Sequence record: OM103162.1 | Reading direction: 5' to 3' (one strand) | Origin: Klebsiella phage KpnP_VR7901 | Length of the DNA: 48,366 bases | In this document: piece by piece, positions 11,301-20,225 of the stretch | Layout: every line of letters begins with the position of its first letter | Numbering within the stretch: position 1 is the first letter of the stretch | Made by a program: the position numbers and the translations under genes | The notes under the pieces: generated by a model | The model's input: the letters and a program-made list of their open reading frames with translations, nothing else | What the model was told of the DNA's origin: nothing | Database searches by the model: none

Positions 11301-13194
11301 TGGGGAAGTTCTTCCTACCGTTAAAGGGCAGCAGAAGTTTCCTCGCACCGTGGATGAGATTGAGGGAACCAGTAAGCTCGCAGCTGATGCACGAACCACG
11401 TGGGAGTATATCAGGGCGCAGGATAATGGATATACCAACCGAGTAGATGACCTCTACAAAGGAACTGCTAATGGGGTAGCTACTGCACTGGGAGAGGCGG
11501 GTTTTGGTAGACTAGAGCGTACAGTACGAACTGCATCTGACTGGAGCCCGACCACTACTGCTAAATCTCTGGTATACAACCTCTACTTGGTTATGGCACC
11601 GCTTCGGCAGTTGGTAGTTCAGTCAGCCCAGTCTTTAGCTCTGTTTGCTATTAAACCAGCAGAAGGGCTCAGAATGGTTGACGATTTGGTATTATACTCT
11701 TTGTACCATACTAGGAACGGTCAGGTGTCAAATCAAGTTCTTAAAATGTACGGGAGAGATGAGAAGTTCCTAGACATGGTGGAATCTTTCCGCAGCAGTG
11801 GTATGGCAGACGCTGTTAGTCATAATGAATTCATCGATTCAATGAAGACATTGACTACCAACGCCTCAACCACAAGAGCTGCCGCTGTTAAAGATATTAT
11901 TACATCTCCTGTTAGGAAGACCTTAGGGATAGCGCGTAAGTACGGCTTTGATTTAGGGGAGCATATCAACCAGTTTATGGCGTATAAGACTTTTTATTAC
12001 GACAAACTGGGAAGGAAAGCAGGGAAAGCCACTCCGGCAGAGATTGAGGATATAATCCATAAAGCACGTAATTTCACAGGTAACTTTGATAGACGTGCTG
12101 GGGTTATGCCGTACACCCGTGCCTCTGTGGCGATGGTAACTCAGTTTATGAACGTCCCTCATAAGTTCATCAGCTTAGTCACCACTAACCGTGTACTTAG
12201 TACCAAGCAGAAGCTGCAGGTAGGGGCTGCGTTTGTTATGATGTACGGTGCAGGAACTGAAACCATCTACAGAGCTTTCTCTGATGAATTGCCAGAGAAC
12301 CCAGTGTTGCGAGAGATTGTAACTCAAGGTCTGGTATCAGCGTTCATCAATAACAGCTTGGGCTTGATGTTCAGTGGCGGGAAGTCTCCAGAGCTGTCGG
12401 TGAAAGGGAGCATGAACCCAGTGGACCCGCAAGGGGTGCTGGACATGGCCTCCGCTCTATTTGACGAAGGAATCGGTGGGATGGTTGCGGAGTCCCCGGC
12501 AGGGAGCTTATTCTTTGGGGCCAACCCGCGTGTTACCAATCTTCTGAAGACTTTGGGCTCTTTGATGGGGCTTGGGGGTAAAGCTGACGAAGCGCTGCCG
12601 GTCCGTTATGGTAATATTATAACAGACGTTGGCAATATGGCATCGGGCACATCGGCTGCATTCCACGCCCTCCACATTCTTAAATATGGGCAGAAGTTAA
12701 ACTCCTACGGGGGTGTAATCGCTGATAATATGACCACAACGCAAGCTATTGCTCAGGCGTTTGGGATACCCACTCAAGGAGAGGTGAACTATTATGAGCT
12801 TATGAAGAAGGCTTCTACCTTGAATGAGAATATGGAAAAGGATGTTAAGGCTGTCTATAAGGAGTTTGCACGCAGGGCTTCTCAGGACAATCTAACTAGA
12901 GACCAGCTCATGTACCAAGTGCAAGTAATGAACGCCGCAATGTCAATCTATGGACATAACCCAAGAGCCCAACAGATATTCATGGGTGAGCTTAAGAAGT
13001 CTATTGCTGATGGGGATATGCGGGTATTCAAAACTATTATGCAATTGTCTGAATGGGCAGATAATGATGAAGTGAACGCGTTGTTTGATAAGGCGCCTCT
13101 TTCTCCAGAAGAGAAGGACAACCTCAAAGCTATCGTTGACATGAATCAGGAAGCTCTAAAACAATTGGCGGAAGAAAATAAGAAGGGTAAATAA
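8383..13194 (+). CDS. large internal virion/ejection protein (gp16-like)
   Basis: 1603-aa ORF in the position of the podovirus core/ejectosome proteins. No catalytic domain recognisable by eye. Confidence 0.6.
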   Translation: MAELDQFNTGATNDLADFQTDDQLAAPVTNASSNQNIAAHVSMLSSNPGDTAGTYNTIRDEYDTLGYSPTADEVTKAAKEDNTQAYRRSSADFLTNPAVADEFKANALARINDPNSDLYRLRAMVGTQEAAKPAPNETQEAASMRGVWAAGINTVLEYQREKQKIYNQMQLEQDATKTATYVGMAEDLVPTVWGYKAASLAQDIAGGGVLSKIWGTILPGEATKEAADAFNKIPFEQRAAALQKVVDMAAERGSTIFLPEERDHANFALVRSMTETGDFDVTDRTVANVIGVLDVTGLLGAIKLVGGTAAAATRTLRAGDDLAEGARFGGGSPRRPSPQTDWKTGKQEGPRTFDQEGNLVTGNEVAVSNARRQFTTTDVQPTSLSQVIKDANPEMARNLFQAVEKDTTGDIANGAFGASREDAIAHSVSPQVATESGSVSSKTSHPERNSDFEFMPDADVINWYSNSSGFSHLTLSEKAALDANVTNDFMNTLGMVARKEMSSISAEGGPLNIKAVYGPSDSGWSSVKDAVDKAQYALRKYGITQDEIEILVRRGDDYAPISKEDKAALLAGKGAELNGDYLLQISHKYNYDHLDLDAPQFSSLDVKWNYTDRFSKAPGSSGEGSFTTNLFTPDSIYHPDLMKGAVVAGTRGARLEKLLHKAADDFIKGTKTLNWGRVRALDDKIKEMNFKGQPLNYAQLRAEGFSQKEIGMLESWKSVQDTNWWLNNQAVVRNYQKRGYGLLEIPEVGFKKAARDLSASRVADNTAVYDALTDTVRNLSRHEIDTLYAEGKAVSKMAHSIDVNGVKALHVINPNAAGKGYIRAFRQDDVMLNYRHGYYAVRYKDPHFIERKVTDGSGNVSWEAIATAPDAVSANKYMTSMTEKAGGEYRVRGDYRGGDRDKAEGQVMLSGGMSAERLRGKRLENAYGTNAGMEHMHIQSPSESLMASIRALSDRVSYQNWSDTAKARFMAQFGEVLPTVKGQQKFPRTVDEIEGTSKLAADARTTWEYIRAQDNGYTNRVDDLYKGTANGVATALGEAGFGRLERTVRTASDWSPTTTAKSLVYNLYLVMAPLRQLVVQSAQSLALFAIKPAEGLRMVDDLVLYSLYHTRNGQVSNQVLKMYGRDEKFLDMVESFRSSGMADAVSHNEFIDSMKTLTTNASTTRAAAVKDIITSPVRKTLGIARKYGFDLGEHINQFMAYKTFYYDKLGRKAGKATPAEIEDIIHKARNFTGNFDRRAGVMPYTRASVAMVTQFMNVPHKFISLVTTNRVLSTKQKLQVGAAFVMMYGAGTETIYRAFSDELPENPVLREIVTQGLVSAFINNSLGLMFSGGKSPELSVKGSMNPVDPQGVLDMASALFDEGIGGMVAESPAGSLFFGANPRVTNLLKTLGSLMGLGGKADEALPVRYGNIITDVGNMASGTSAAFHALHILKYGQKLNSYGGVIADNMTTTQAIAQAFGIPTQGEVNYYELMKKASTLNENMEKDVKAVYKEFARRASQDNLTRDQLMYQVQVMNAAMSIYGHNPRAQQIFMGELKKSIADGDMRVFKTIMQLSEWADNDEVNALFDKAPLSPEEKDNLKAIVDMNQEALKQLAEENKKGK

Positions 13195-15029
13195 TGGCAG
13201 GTGGACTTTTTGATACATCAGATGTTAGTGGAGTGTCTGGAGGTGTGCAGCCGCAGCAGGCGGTTGCCCCTGCCCCTTCCACAGCAACAACTATTGCGGG
13301 GAGTGGCCTATTCCAAGGGATTGGTAATTTGGCTACAGGGCTGGCTCAAGGCTTTGCTCAAGGAGAGAAGGCGGCTAAGCAGGCTCAGGCAGATAAAGCC
13401 CTTGCTGGATACGCTAAGAGAGTGAGTTCTCTTAATGCGGCAGTAGAGCAGGGAGCTCTATCCCAAGCCAGTGCGCAGCGTCAACAGCGTGCTCTGTACA
13501 ATGAAATCTTGGCTAACCGTCCAGACTTGGCTGAACAGCTCACCACATTCTCCAAGAGCCTCTCAGGCACTGAGGGGATTGGTGATACGCTGGCACAGGG
13601 CACAGCTGTAGACCAGCAGATTAAGGCAGACACTAAGGCAGCTACAGCTGCTGGCTTCATCAATCCGGGAATGACTCCAGAGCAGCAGGAGGAGGGCCTT
13701 AATCAATATAGGGCTCAACAGCATCAGATTAACCAGATGGAATTCTATTCTAAACAGCTGGGAATCACTCAGCAGAAACTGGCTATTCAATCCTCTCAGG
13801 AATCAATTGCTGCTTCCCGTGTGTCTCGTGCTAACGCTGCTATGGACTTACAGCTTAAGCGTAATAAGATGCGGGTGCAGCAGGCTACGGCAGATGTTGC
13901 CACTTCTTATTTCGATAAGACACGCTCTAGCCTAGAGCAGCTCTCTAATGATGTAGCAACAGGGAAGATTTCTCAGGAAGCTGGTATTGCTCAGCTGGAG
14001 AAGATGAAGGCTGACTTTGCAGGACTCACTATGCCAATTCGTGGTGTAGCTGGTGCTGATTATGTCGATGCGATGACTAAACCTATCAATGACATTATCG
14101 ACGCACAGAAAGACTTCATGTCTGGCAAGATTACCAAAGAGGTGTACCAGAACCAGCTTGACGTCAAGACAGTACATGCCAATCTGGAAATCATGAGTGA
14201 CCCTAAGATGGCTCAGATTGTTACACTGTCTAAAGCTATGGGAGCCAACTTCGATTTGAAGATTCTGTCTCAGACTGGCACCACAGTGGTTAACTACCTC
14301 AAGCGTACTCTGGAAGGGGCCCCCGCTGGTAACATGACTCCTGATGACCCAGCAGAGCAGGCTCAGACTAAAGTGTTCCTTGACACTCTCCGTCAGGCCA
14401 CCAAGAACTTGGGGAATAAAGACCCTCGTATCGCTGACCCTAAAGAAACCTTTAAGGAAGTGGAAGCTCACGCTAACCAAGTGTTGCAAGGCATCTCAGA
14501 CTTCTCCTCTGCTCAGAAGAATCCTTCCCAGCTTAACGCGGCTATTGATTATTTAGCCTCTCCTGAATTCTTAGCGTTACAAGCCAATGGGGCTAAGTTC
14601 AATGTAGACGCAGTGGAAGGGGCTAAGAACGCTGTACAGATTAACTACAATGATAAGCTCATTCCAGCTGTACGTGATGAATGGGAGAAGAATAAAACTG
14701 TTCTCTCTTCCTCCCTGCCAGCAGGGGGCTTCCCAGCGATGGGGGGCGCTTCTCCGACAGGCTCTGTCACTCAGGAAGCCACCCCTACGGCGGTTCGTTA
14801 TGTATGGACAGGGAACAGCATCCGCTTCTCCCCAGCTCCTGGCTTTGAACGTAACCCTAACGTTATGGCTAAGGCAAGAGAGCTACAGAAGAAAGTGGCC
14901 CCTCTTATCAACAAGAGCATCCGTGCAGCCGCTCATATGGACGGTAGCCAAGACTACTCCAAATACTTTAAACAGAATGAGGAGGCGTTCTTCGGCTCTT
15001 CTCCTGACAACATCCAAGAGGTACAGTGA
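13194..15029 (+). CDS. internal virion protein (gp15-like)
   Basis: 611 aa, Q/A-rich with extensive predicted coiled coil, coupled (TAATGG) to the preceding gene. Confidence 0.55.
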   Translation: MAGGLFDTSDVSGVSGGVQPQQAVAPAPSTATTIAGSGLFQGIGNLATGLAQGFAQGEKAAKQAQADKALAGYAKRVSSLNAAVEQGALSQASAQRQQRALYNEILANRPDLAEQLTTFSKSLSGTEGIGDTLAQGTAVDQQIKADTKAATAAGFINPGMTPEQQEEGLNQYRAQQHQINQMEFYSKQLGITQQKLAIQSSQESIAASRVSRANAAMDLQLKRNKMRVQQATADVATSYFDKTRSSLEQLSNDVATGKISQEAGIAQLEKMKADFAGLTMPIRGVAGADYVDAMTKPINDIIDAQKDFMSGKITKEVYQNQLDVKTVHANLEIMSDPKMAQIVTLSKAMGANFDLKILSQTGTTVVNYLKRTLEGAPAGNMTPDDPAEQAQTKVFLDTLRQATKNLGNKDPRIADPKETFKEVEAHANQVLQGISDFSSAQKNPSQLNAAIDYLASPEFLALQANGAKFNVDAVEGAKNAVQINYNDKLIPAVRDEWEKNKTVLSSSLPAGGFPAMGGASPTGSVTQEATPTAVRYVWTGNSIRFSPAPGFERNPNVMAKARELQKKVAPLINKSIRAAAHMDGSQDYSKYFKQNEEAFFGSSPDNIQEVQ

Positions 15030-15265
15030 TGGAGAATAAATATGTAGTGGCAGGACAAGCCAGCTCTGGGGGGATGCTTATATGGCTGAGTAATCTAGAC
15101 CTCGCATCATGGAGCTACATTGTTGGTATCTTAGTAGCTCTCATTGGTCTGGTGGGCGGTGCCTACTGGCAATGGAAGAAGGACAAGCGGGACGCAGAGA
15201 TGCACAAAGCTATTCTGGAATCCATTAAGACACGTGGGGTTAACGTAGATGAACACTTGGATTAA
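15026..15265 (+). CDS. holin (pinholin-type)
   Basis: 79 aa, dual-start-like MMENK..., two hydrophobic segments (LIWLSNLDLASW.. and IVGILVALIGLVGGAYW), charged C-terminus. Immediately upstream of and overlapping the endolysin. Confidence 0.7.
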   Translation: MMENKYVVAGQASSGGMLIWLSNLDLASWSYIVGILVALIGLVGGAYWQWKKDKRDAEMHKAILESIKTRGVNVDEHLD

Positions 15266-15785
15266 GCGTCTCACTATCGGGGGTGGCTTTCTGGCTGCCT
15301 CAGTGGTGGGAGTGGTGAAACACAATGAGGGGTACAGTGAGAGGGCATACTATGATGGGGCTGGAGTTGCTACGATATGTTACGGTGAAACCAAAGGTGT
15401 TAAGCTTGGCGAGGTCCGTTCTAAATCTCAATGTGACAAACAGCTTCAAGAAAGCCTTGTTGCTCACGCGAAAGTGTTTGATGGCATCCCTTCCTCCACT
15501 CCTGATGTGGTGGCTCTTGGTGTATTAGACATGGCTTACAACATTGGCGTAACAGGCTTCAATAATTCTAAAGTGAAGAAAGCTATCATCAAAGGTGACT
15601 ATCGGATGGCGAGTAAATACGTATTAGAATGGAAGTATATTACGCGTAATGGTAAGAAATATGACTGCTCCATTCCGGGAAACAAAGTGTGCTATGGTTT
15701 GTGGAAGCGTAGGCTGTGGCAGAGCCAAGCTATAGGCAATGGTTTTAAATCCCCACAGGAGGCTCTCAATGCCCTTAAGCGTTAA
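15249..15785 (+). CDS. SAR endolysin (GH24 lysozyme, phage 21 R / P1 Lyz-like)
   Basis: N-terminal weakly hydrophobic Gly/Ala-rich signal-anchor-release segment (LTIGGGFLAASVVGVV). Catalytic E-x8-D-x5-T signature (EGYSERAYYDGAGVAT). Confidence 0.75.
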   Translation: MNTWIKRLTIGGGFLAASVVGVVKHNEGYSERAYYDGAGVATICYGETKGVKLGEVRSKSQCDKQLQESLVAHAKVFDGIPSSTPDVVALGVLDMAYNIGVTGFNNSKVKKAIIKGDYRMASKYVLEWKYITRNGKKYDCSIPGNKVCYGLWKRRLWQSQAIGNGFKSPQEALNALKR

Positions 15786-16104
15786 GCAAATCGCTCTAGG
15801 AGCGGCTGTAGTGGCTTTTGTATTGATGGCTGTAGGGTTGGTATACCAGCACTCTACAATAGCCTCACAGGACGCTACAATCGCTTCTCAGCAGCAAACC
15901 ATAGACACTTTCGAGAAAGATAAGAAGGCACAGGATAAAGCTGATAAACAGCTCAAGGCAGATAAGGAGGGGATTGCTAAAGAGCGTCAAGACTGGAAGG
16001 AAAAACTAAATGAAGCGCTCAAGGGTAATACTTGTAATGATGTGCCTTTTGACGATAACACTCAGCGGATGCTCAACGAACTATACGGTAAGCAAGGTTC
16101 CTGA
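15739..16104 (+). CDS. i-spanin (Rz-like)
   Basis: 121 aa, N-terminal TM helix (IALGAAVVAFVLMAVGLVY), charged coiled-coil periplasmic domain. Overlaps the endolysin end. Confidence 0.7.
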   Translation: MVLNPHRRLSMPLSVKQIALGAAVVAFVLMAVGLVYQHSTIASQDATIASQQQTIDTFEKDKKAQDKADKQLKADKEGIAKERQDWKEKLNEALKGNTCNDVPFDDNTQRMLNELYGKQGS

Positions 16105-16255
16105 CCGCTATCTAGAACCTACTCCCTACCCGGAGAATGTTCCCACCACCTTTGGTGAATGTGTAAAAGAGGCCATCCCAGACTGGAAGGCCGCATTGGA
16201 TAGTGCTAACGCAGATAAGGCAGCAGCTAGGAAATATCAAGAGGAGATGAACTAA
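16010..16255 (+). CDS. o-spanin (Rz1-like lipoprotein), overlapped architecture
   Basis: Starts in the +1 frame inside Rz. Lipobox LTITLSG-C, Pro-rich mature region. Confidence 0.7.
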   Translation: MKRSRVILVMMCLLTITLSGCSTNYTVSKVPDRYLEPTPYPENVPTTFGECVKEAIPDWKAALDSANADKAAARKYQEEMN

Positions 16256-16536
16256 TGCCTGCGAAGGGACAATATAAGAAGGGGGCTAAACCTGACAGTG
16301 TACGTCAGCGTAAGTACAACTCGTCCCCGGAACAAAAGAAGAGACGTGCAGAACGGAACGCGTCAAGACGTAAGATGGAGAAGGCAGGGAAGGTGAAGAA
16401 GGGGGACGGCAGGGACGTGGACCATCGTAATAAAAATACAGCGGACCAGTCGACTAAGAATCTTCGGGCCCGTTCAGTGAAGGCCAATCGTGCTGATAAC
16501 CGGGGAACCGGTGGACGTAAAAAGGAAAATAAATAA
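16255..16536 (+). CDS. small highly basic protein
   Basis: 93 aa, very Lys/Arg-rich (KKRRAERNASRRKMEKAGKVKKGDGRDVDHRNKN...). ATG overlaps the Rz1 stop. Confidence 0.45.
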   Translation: MPAKGQYKKGAKPDSVRQRKYNSSPEQKKRRAERNASRRKMEKAGKVKKGDGRDVDHRNKNTADQSTKNLRARSVKANRADNRGTGGRKKENK

Positions 16537-16976
16537 TGGCTACAAACTATCGTACTGAGAGTCAGAAGTTCTTCAATGCTCAGACTTCTCAGAACCATCG
16601 CTCTTGGGCGAAGGCTGCTGCGGCTTACTATCGTCAGGTTGGTTCTACTACCAAGACTAACTTCGTAGACGCAATGGCGGCATATTATGCAAAGATTAAT
16701 GCTGGTACTATCTCTGCTCCTGTATCTCCTACTGCTACTCAAGCGGTTGTCAGCAATGGGGGTACTGTAACAGCTGCCAACTCTGCTAACACTAAAACTG
16801 TTAGCGCCACCTATGTCATCTCTGGAAGCGCTGTACAGCGTGTAAGCCTCCCGGATAACGCCGCCATCATCACTTCCGCACAAACCCTCACAGGTGTCGC
16901 TCCTACTGGCGACTATTCCACCACGGTTACATTCACTGTAGCCAACGGTGTCATCACAGCTATCGCTCTTAGCTAA
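16536..16976 (+). CDS. putative structural protein
   Basis: 146 aa, Thr/Ala/Ser/Val-rich, coupled TAATGG start. Confidence 0.4.
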   Translation: MATNYRTESQKFFNAQTSQNHRSWAKAAAAYYRQVGSTTKTNFVDAMAAYYAKINAGTISAPVSPTATQAVVSNGGTVTAANSANTKTVSATYVISGSAVQRVSLPDNAAIITSAQTLTGVAPTGDYSTTVTFTVANGVITAIALS

Positions 16977-16985
16977 GGAGAATAT

Positions 16986-17432
16986 ATGGCCAATGTTCAG
17001 CATTCCTCGCTGACAGGTGCTGACCTCCATGAGTGCAAAGGGGCAGCTTCGGCTGTCTCTGGTCAAGTTCCTGTAGCTAATGGGAGTGGCTCTGCTCCAT
17101 TCGGATTTCTACCGTATTCTGCATTGACAGGAAAACCTTTAGTCCCTGTTGTATATAACGGCAACACCGCAACTGGTGCCACTCCTCAGGTGAGGGTGTT
17201 TACAGCCACAGCCGTTGCTGGCCTGTTCACCGTGAGTATTACGGGCCTGTCCTCCATTCTAGGAGTTAGCGCATCTGTTGTATCAGGGGCTGGCGGTATT
17301 GGAGTAACGGCAGTAGCCTCTATCAACACTGCCACCAACACAGGAGTGTCAGGCACAGTGGTTGTACTAGGGGCTTCTGGAAACACTCTTGGAACTAACC
17401 AAACGGTGTACGTAACCGTGATTGGTGTGTAA
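16986..17432 (+). CDS. putative fibre-like structural protein
   Basis: 148 aa, Gly/Ser/Thr/Val repeats. RBS AAGGAG. Confidence 0.4.
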   Translation: MANVQHSSLTGADLHECKGAASAVSGQVPVANGSGSAPFGFLPYSALTGKPLVPVVYNGNTATGATPQVRVFTATAVAGLFTVSITGLSSILGVSASVVSGAGGIGVTAVASINTATNTGVSGTVVVLGASGNTLGTNQTVYVTVIGV

Positions 17433-17441
17433 TCAGGAGGA

Positions 17442-17966
17442 ATGATGGCTTGGAATGAAGGGGTACTGAGGGCCTTAAGGGATGGGTCTATTATTCAGGA
17501 AGGGACTAGGACAGGAAGGCTTTATAACGCATCTCGAAGGGTTACTGGGGTGGCGGCAGGAGCTAACGTAGACAGTATCTTCACTGTGGGGGCATTGCCT
17601 GTCTATCTGTTCCAGAGGGAGGTAGGGAGGAGTGGACTGGGAGTTAGTGCTTCTATTTACAGGGGCCCTACGTTTACAGGTGGTACTCTAGACCCGGTGT
17701 ATAGCGTTAATGACCTGACTGGGGATGGGGACTTATCTACTATCCAATTGCGTATTGGGCCTACAGTGACGGCGGTTGGTACGCAGACTATAGCCACCTC
17801 TTACGCTATTGGGAATACTTCCAACCAAGGGCAGGGAGGTATTGCAGAGCTTAAGCAGCCATTGTATATGCTCCCTAACACTGCCTATCTTCTGCGTATA
17901 ACTAGCTTAGACTCTCAGGCTCAGGATATTACAGCAAGTATTGCTTGGTATGAGGGGTATTTATAA
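17442..17966 (+). CDS. putative structural protein
   Basis: 174 aa. RBS AGGAGG. Confidence 0.4.
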   Translation: MMAWNEGVLRALRDGSIIQEGTRTGRLYNASRRVTGVAAGANVDSIFTVGALPVYLFQREVGRSGLGVSASIYRGPTFTGGTLDPVYSVNDLTGDGDLSTIQLRIGPTVTAVGTQTIATSYAIGNTSNQGQGGIAELKQPLYMLPNTAYLLRITSLDSQAQDITASIAWYEGYL

Positions 17967-18100
17967 TGCCGTACAGTGTAATTAAGACAGGAAAGAATAA
18001 AGGGAAGTATCGCGTTACTGGAGGGAAGATGAAAGGTAAAGTAATTAGCAAGGCTCAGATGCAAGCTATTGAGATTAGTAAACATAAGAAGGGTAAATAA
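17966..18100 (+). CDS. small basic protein (44 aa)
   Basis: Hand-translated: MPYSVIKTGKNKGKYRVTGGKMKGKVISKAQMQAIEISKHKKGK. ATG overlaps the upstream stop (TAATG). Confidence 0.35.
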   Translation: MPYSVIKTGKNKGKYRVTGGKMKGKVISKAQMQAIEISKHKKGK

Positions 18101-18102
18101 GA

Positions 18103-18228
18103 ATGCCAAGTAATACTCAGCAGGGTTCTCAAGGACTTCCGTCCTGTAAATGCAAGATGGTAAACACTGATAAGAAGCTGGCTCCTCCTAAGCAGGGCAG
18201 CATTATTATTAGTCGTGGTAAGAAATAA
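18103..18228 (+). CDS. small protein (41 aa)
   Basis: Hand-translated: MPSNTQQGSQGLPSCKCKMVNTDKKLAPPKQGSIIISRGKK. Ends at the A-run of the terminator. Confidence 0.3.
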   Translation: MPSNTQQGSQGLPSCKCKMVNTDKKLAPPKQGSIIISRGKK

Positions 18229-18259
18229 AAAAAAAAGAGGGCGCCCTTTCGGGCCCCTC
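18227..18259 (-). terminator. intrinsic terminator at the convergence point of late (+) and early/middle (-) transcription
   Basis: A10 run, then GAGGGCGCCC-TTTC-GGGCCCCTC (9-bp GC stem with one bulge). On the minus strand this gives hairpin plus U10, a strong terminator. On the plus strand the hairpin lacks a T-run, so it is weaker. Confidence 0.8.
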
Positions 18260-18323
18260 CGCTTAGTCTATTCCTAAGAGCCAAGATATTTGGACCACCC
18301 CCTGTTAAATAAGTTCTGTAGAG

Positions 18324-19298
18324 TTATTGCGTGTTAACACTCTTGACCCCCTTAACTCGTTTAGTGGAACGGAATGAATGCCCGGTAGGACCCTTATAAC
18401 TTTGGAACTTACTCTGAGCGGTGTAAGCAAATCCATCTTCTACTACCTCCGTGCTCCCCGTCACTGGGTCGCGTAAAGCATCATCATCAAAATACAAGCT
18501 GAGATTAGGTGCGCTCTTATCGTAAGAACGAAGTCGTAAGTAAACCTCTTCAAGCAGCTTAACGTCATATCGGTTATACTCCACCATATATTCCCACGCC
18601 TCTTTCTTCCCTTCCATACAATCAATCCAGAGCTGGAAGTCAGTGTCTAGCTTAGGAACCTCAATCCCCAAATAAATCCCCAGCTCTTTTAGAGAATTCG
18701 CTGGAAAGCGGAAATACTTCTTCGCAATCTTGCAAGTATCCACAACTTTAAACGGCGACGGCATCCCAAGGTTGTGATAAGCAAAACGGCTATTGAGATA
18801 AGGGAGGTCGAAGCGAAGCCCGTTGTGTGCAACAACCACATCAGCACTATCCAGCAGATGCCACATACTAGCAACAATCTCACGGTCATCTTCCTCTTTG
18901 TATTCCCCCTTGTCCAGTGTGTAGGCCCCTCGCTCATCTATATCATGAGAGTACCACGGACGATGGTTAGGAATCGCGTCATCTAGCACATCATCCTCAC
19001 CAAGCCACTTAGCGCTCCATGTCAACATAAAGCTTCGTTGCTTCACTTGAACAGGAGCAAGGAATTGCTTAAAGCGTCCCCACACATACCCAAGCTCTGG
19101 GCTTGTCTCAATATCAAAGATTAAGATGCGTGGGCCTTCTTTCTTCTCCTGCTTATTGTAATAATATTCATTAAGGAGGTACCACACGGAGGACGCTGCT
19201 GTCTTCTTTCCAAACACTTGCTTAGCAATACTACGGTGTGTTACTCCCGCTTTCTTTAGGGCGATTACGGCTGAGATTGTTTCTTTCGAATAGTTCAT
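18324..19298 (-). CDS. DnaQ-like 3'-5' exonuclease with N-terminal HTH domain
   Basis: Exo I (ILIFDIETSP), Exo II-like (VVAHNGLRFD) and Exo III (Y..D) motifs. N-terminal resolvase-like HTH (ISAVIALKKAGVTHRSIAKQV). Confidence 0.55.
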   Translation of the reverse strand: MNYSKETISAVIALKKAGVTHRSIAKQVFGKKTAASSVWYLLNEYYYNKQEKKEGPRILIFDIETSPELGYVWGRFKQFLAPVQVKQRSFMLTWSAKWLGEDDVLDDAIPNHRPWYSHDIDERGAYTLDKGEYKEEDDREIVASMWHLLDSADVVVAHNGLRFDLPYLNSRFAYHNLGMPSPFKVVDTCKIAKKYFRFPANSLKELGIYLGIEVPKLDTDFQLWIDCMEGKKEAWEYMVEYNRYDVKLLEEVYLRLRSYDKSAPNLSLYFDDDALRDPVTGSTEVVEDGFAYTAQSKFQSYKGPTGHSFRSTKRVKGVKSVNTQ

Positions 19299-19382
19299 AG
19301 TCTCTCTCTTTTTTAGTATTATTATATGGAGTATTTTTATAACATTCCCAGCGAGGGTCCATCCCCGCCCTTTGCCAATTAT

Positions 19383-19862
19383 CTACGTTCTGCTCCATCG
19401 TGTAGTCTCCCCACCACTGCCAGTGTCTGTCTTCATGGCCTGTACAACAGCATCTAAAGGGTCGCAATCTGTGGATGTTAAGTAGTGAAGCGCCACAGTT
19501 CCTCCGCTCCCAATAGCCCACGGGCAGCCATCTGGAATCTCTACAAAATCTAGAATAGGGCTCTCCTCTTCAGCCTTAGATACAAACCAAGCTGTTCGCT
19601 CTGTAACAATAATGGCGGAGAACGTGTTAGGTGTGTCTAATGAAGAGGTGACTAACAGCCCTTCCCCCAACGCATACTCCAATACAGCCTTCTCAGAGAG
19701 ATAGCCGGCCAAAGCAAAGGCCAATACTTTCTCCCCCTGCATTGAATAGCTGCGTTCTTCACAGTCTACAATCTTTGGGAAGTTGTCAGTGACAAGTTGA
19801 TTCCCACGAGTCATGCGGCCATCTGCTGCTAATACACCATTGCGGAATGCGATAGTTGTCAT
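19383..19862 (-). CDS. HslV-like Ntn-hydrolase peptidase (proteasome beta-like)
   Basis: N-terminus MTTIAFRNGVLAADGRMTRGN aligns with HslV [22 protein letters not shown] (Thr1 nucleophile). Conserved AIGSGG motif near the C-terminus. Confidence 0.6.
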   Translation of the reverse strand: MTTIAFRNGVLAADGRMTRGNQLVTDNFPKIVDCEERSYSMQGEKVLAFALAGYLSEKAVLEYALGEGLLVTSSLDTPNTFSAIIVTERTAWFVSKAEEESPILDFVEIPDGCPWAIGSGGTVALHYLTSTDCDPLDAVVQAMKTDTGSGGETTRWSRT

Positions 19863-19863
19863 A

Positions 19864-20097
19864 TTACTTCTCCACTTGCCACTTATAGGATTTAGCTGGG
19901 GCTTCCAGCTCTACAGCACGCTTAGCACTCTCCAATATCTCAGCCATGTCCTGAGCCTTGTCCTTATGGCCCCTCAGCCCTGCACAGAGGGCTTTCTTGA
20001 CTAGATGCTGCAGGGCAGGGTTAGTTACATTAAAGGCGGCCAGTACATCGTAAACATCTAATGTGACGCCCTTACATACTCGGTTATACTTACTCAT
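19864..20097 (-). CDS. hypothetical protein
   Basis: The ORF track starts at 20136. ATG 20097 (MSKYNRV...) has the better RBS (GGGAGAAGAAAGATG). Confidence 0.4.
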   Translation of the reverse strand: MSKYNRVCKGVTLDVYDVLAAFNVTNPALQHLVKKALCAGLRGHKDKAQDMAEILESAKRAVELEAPAKSYKWQVEK

Positions 20098-20225
20098 CTT
20101 TCTTCTCCCTCTGCATCCACATCTTAGCCATTTCATAATAGACGAGCGCTCCTTTCTCGTCTCCTCGGTCTAAACATTCCTCTTGTTTCCTGCGGCAATA
20201 TTCTACAGGGGTTTCCTCTTTATTC

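Noticed and set aside
13932-14489. 185-aa minus-strand ORF
   Set aside because: Lies entirely antisense inside the 611-aa internal virion protein gene. No RBS. Composition artefact.
16305-17066. 253-aa minus-strand ORF
   Set aside because: Antisense to three well-supported late plus-strand genes. Spurious.
19231-19521. 96-aa minus-strand ORF overlapping the HslV-like and exonuclease genes
   Set aside because: Alternative frame across two supported genes. No RBS.
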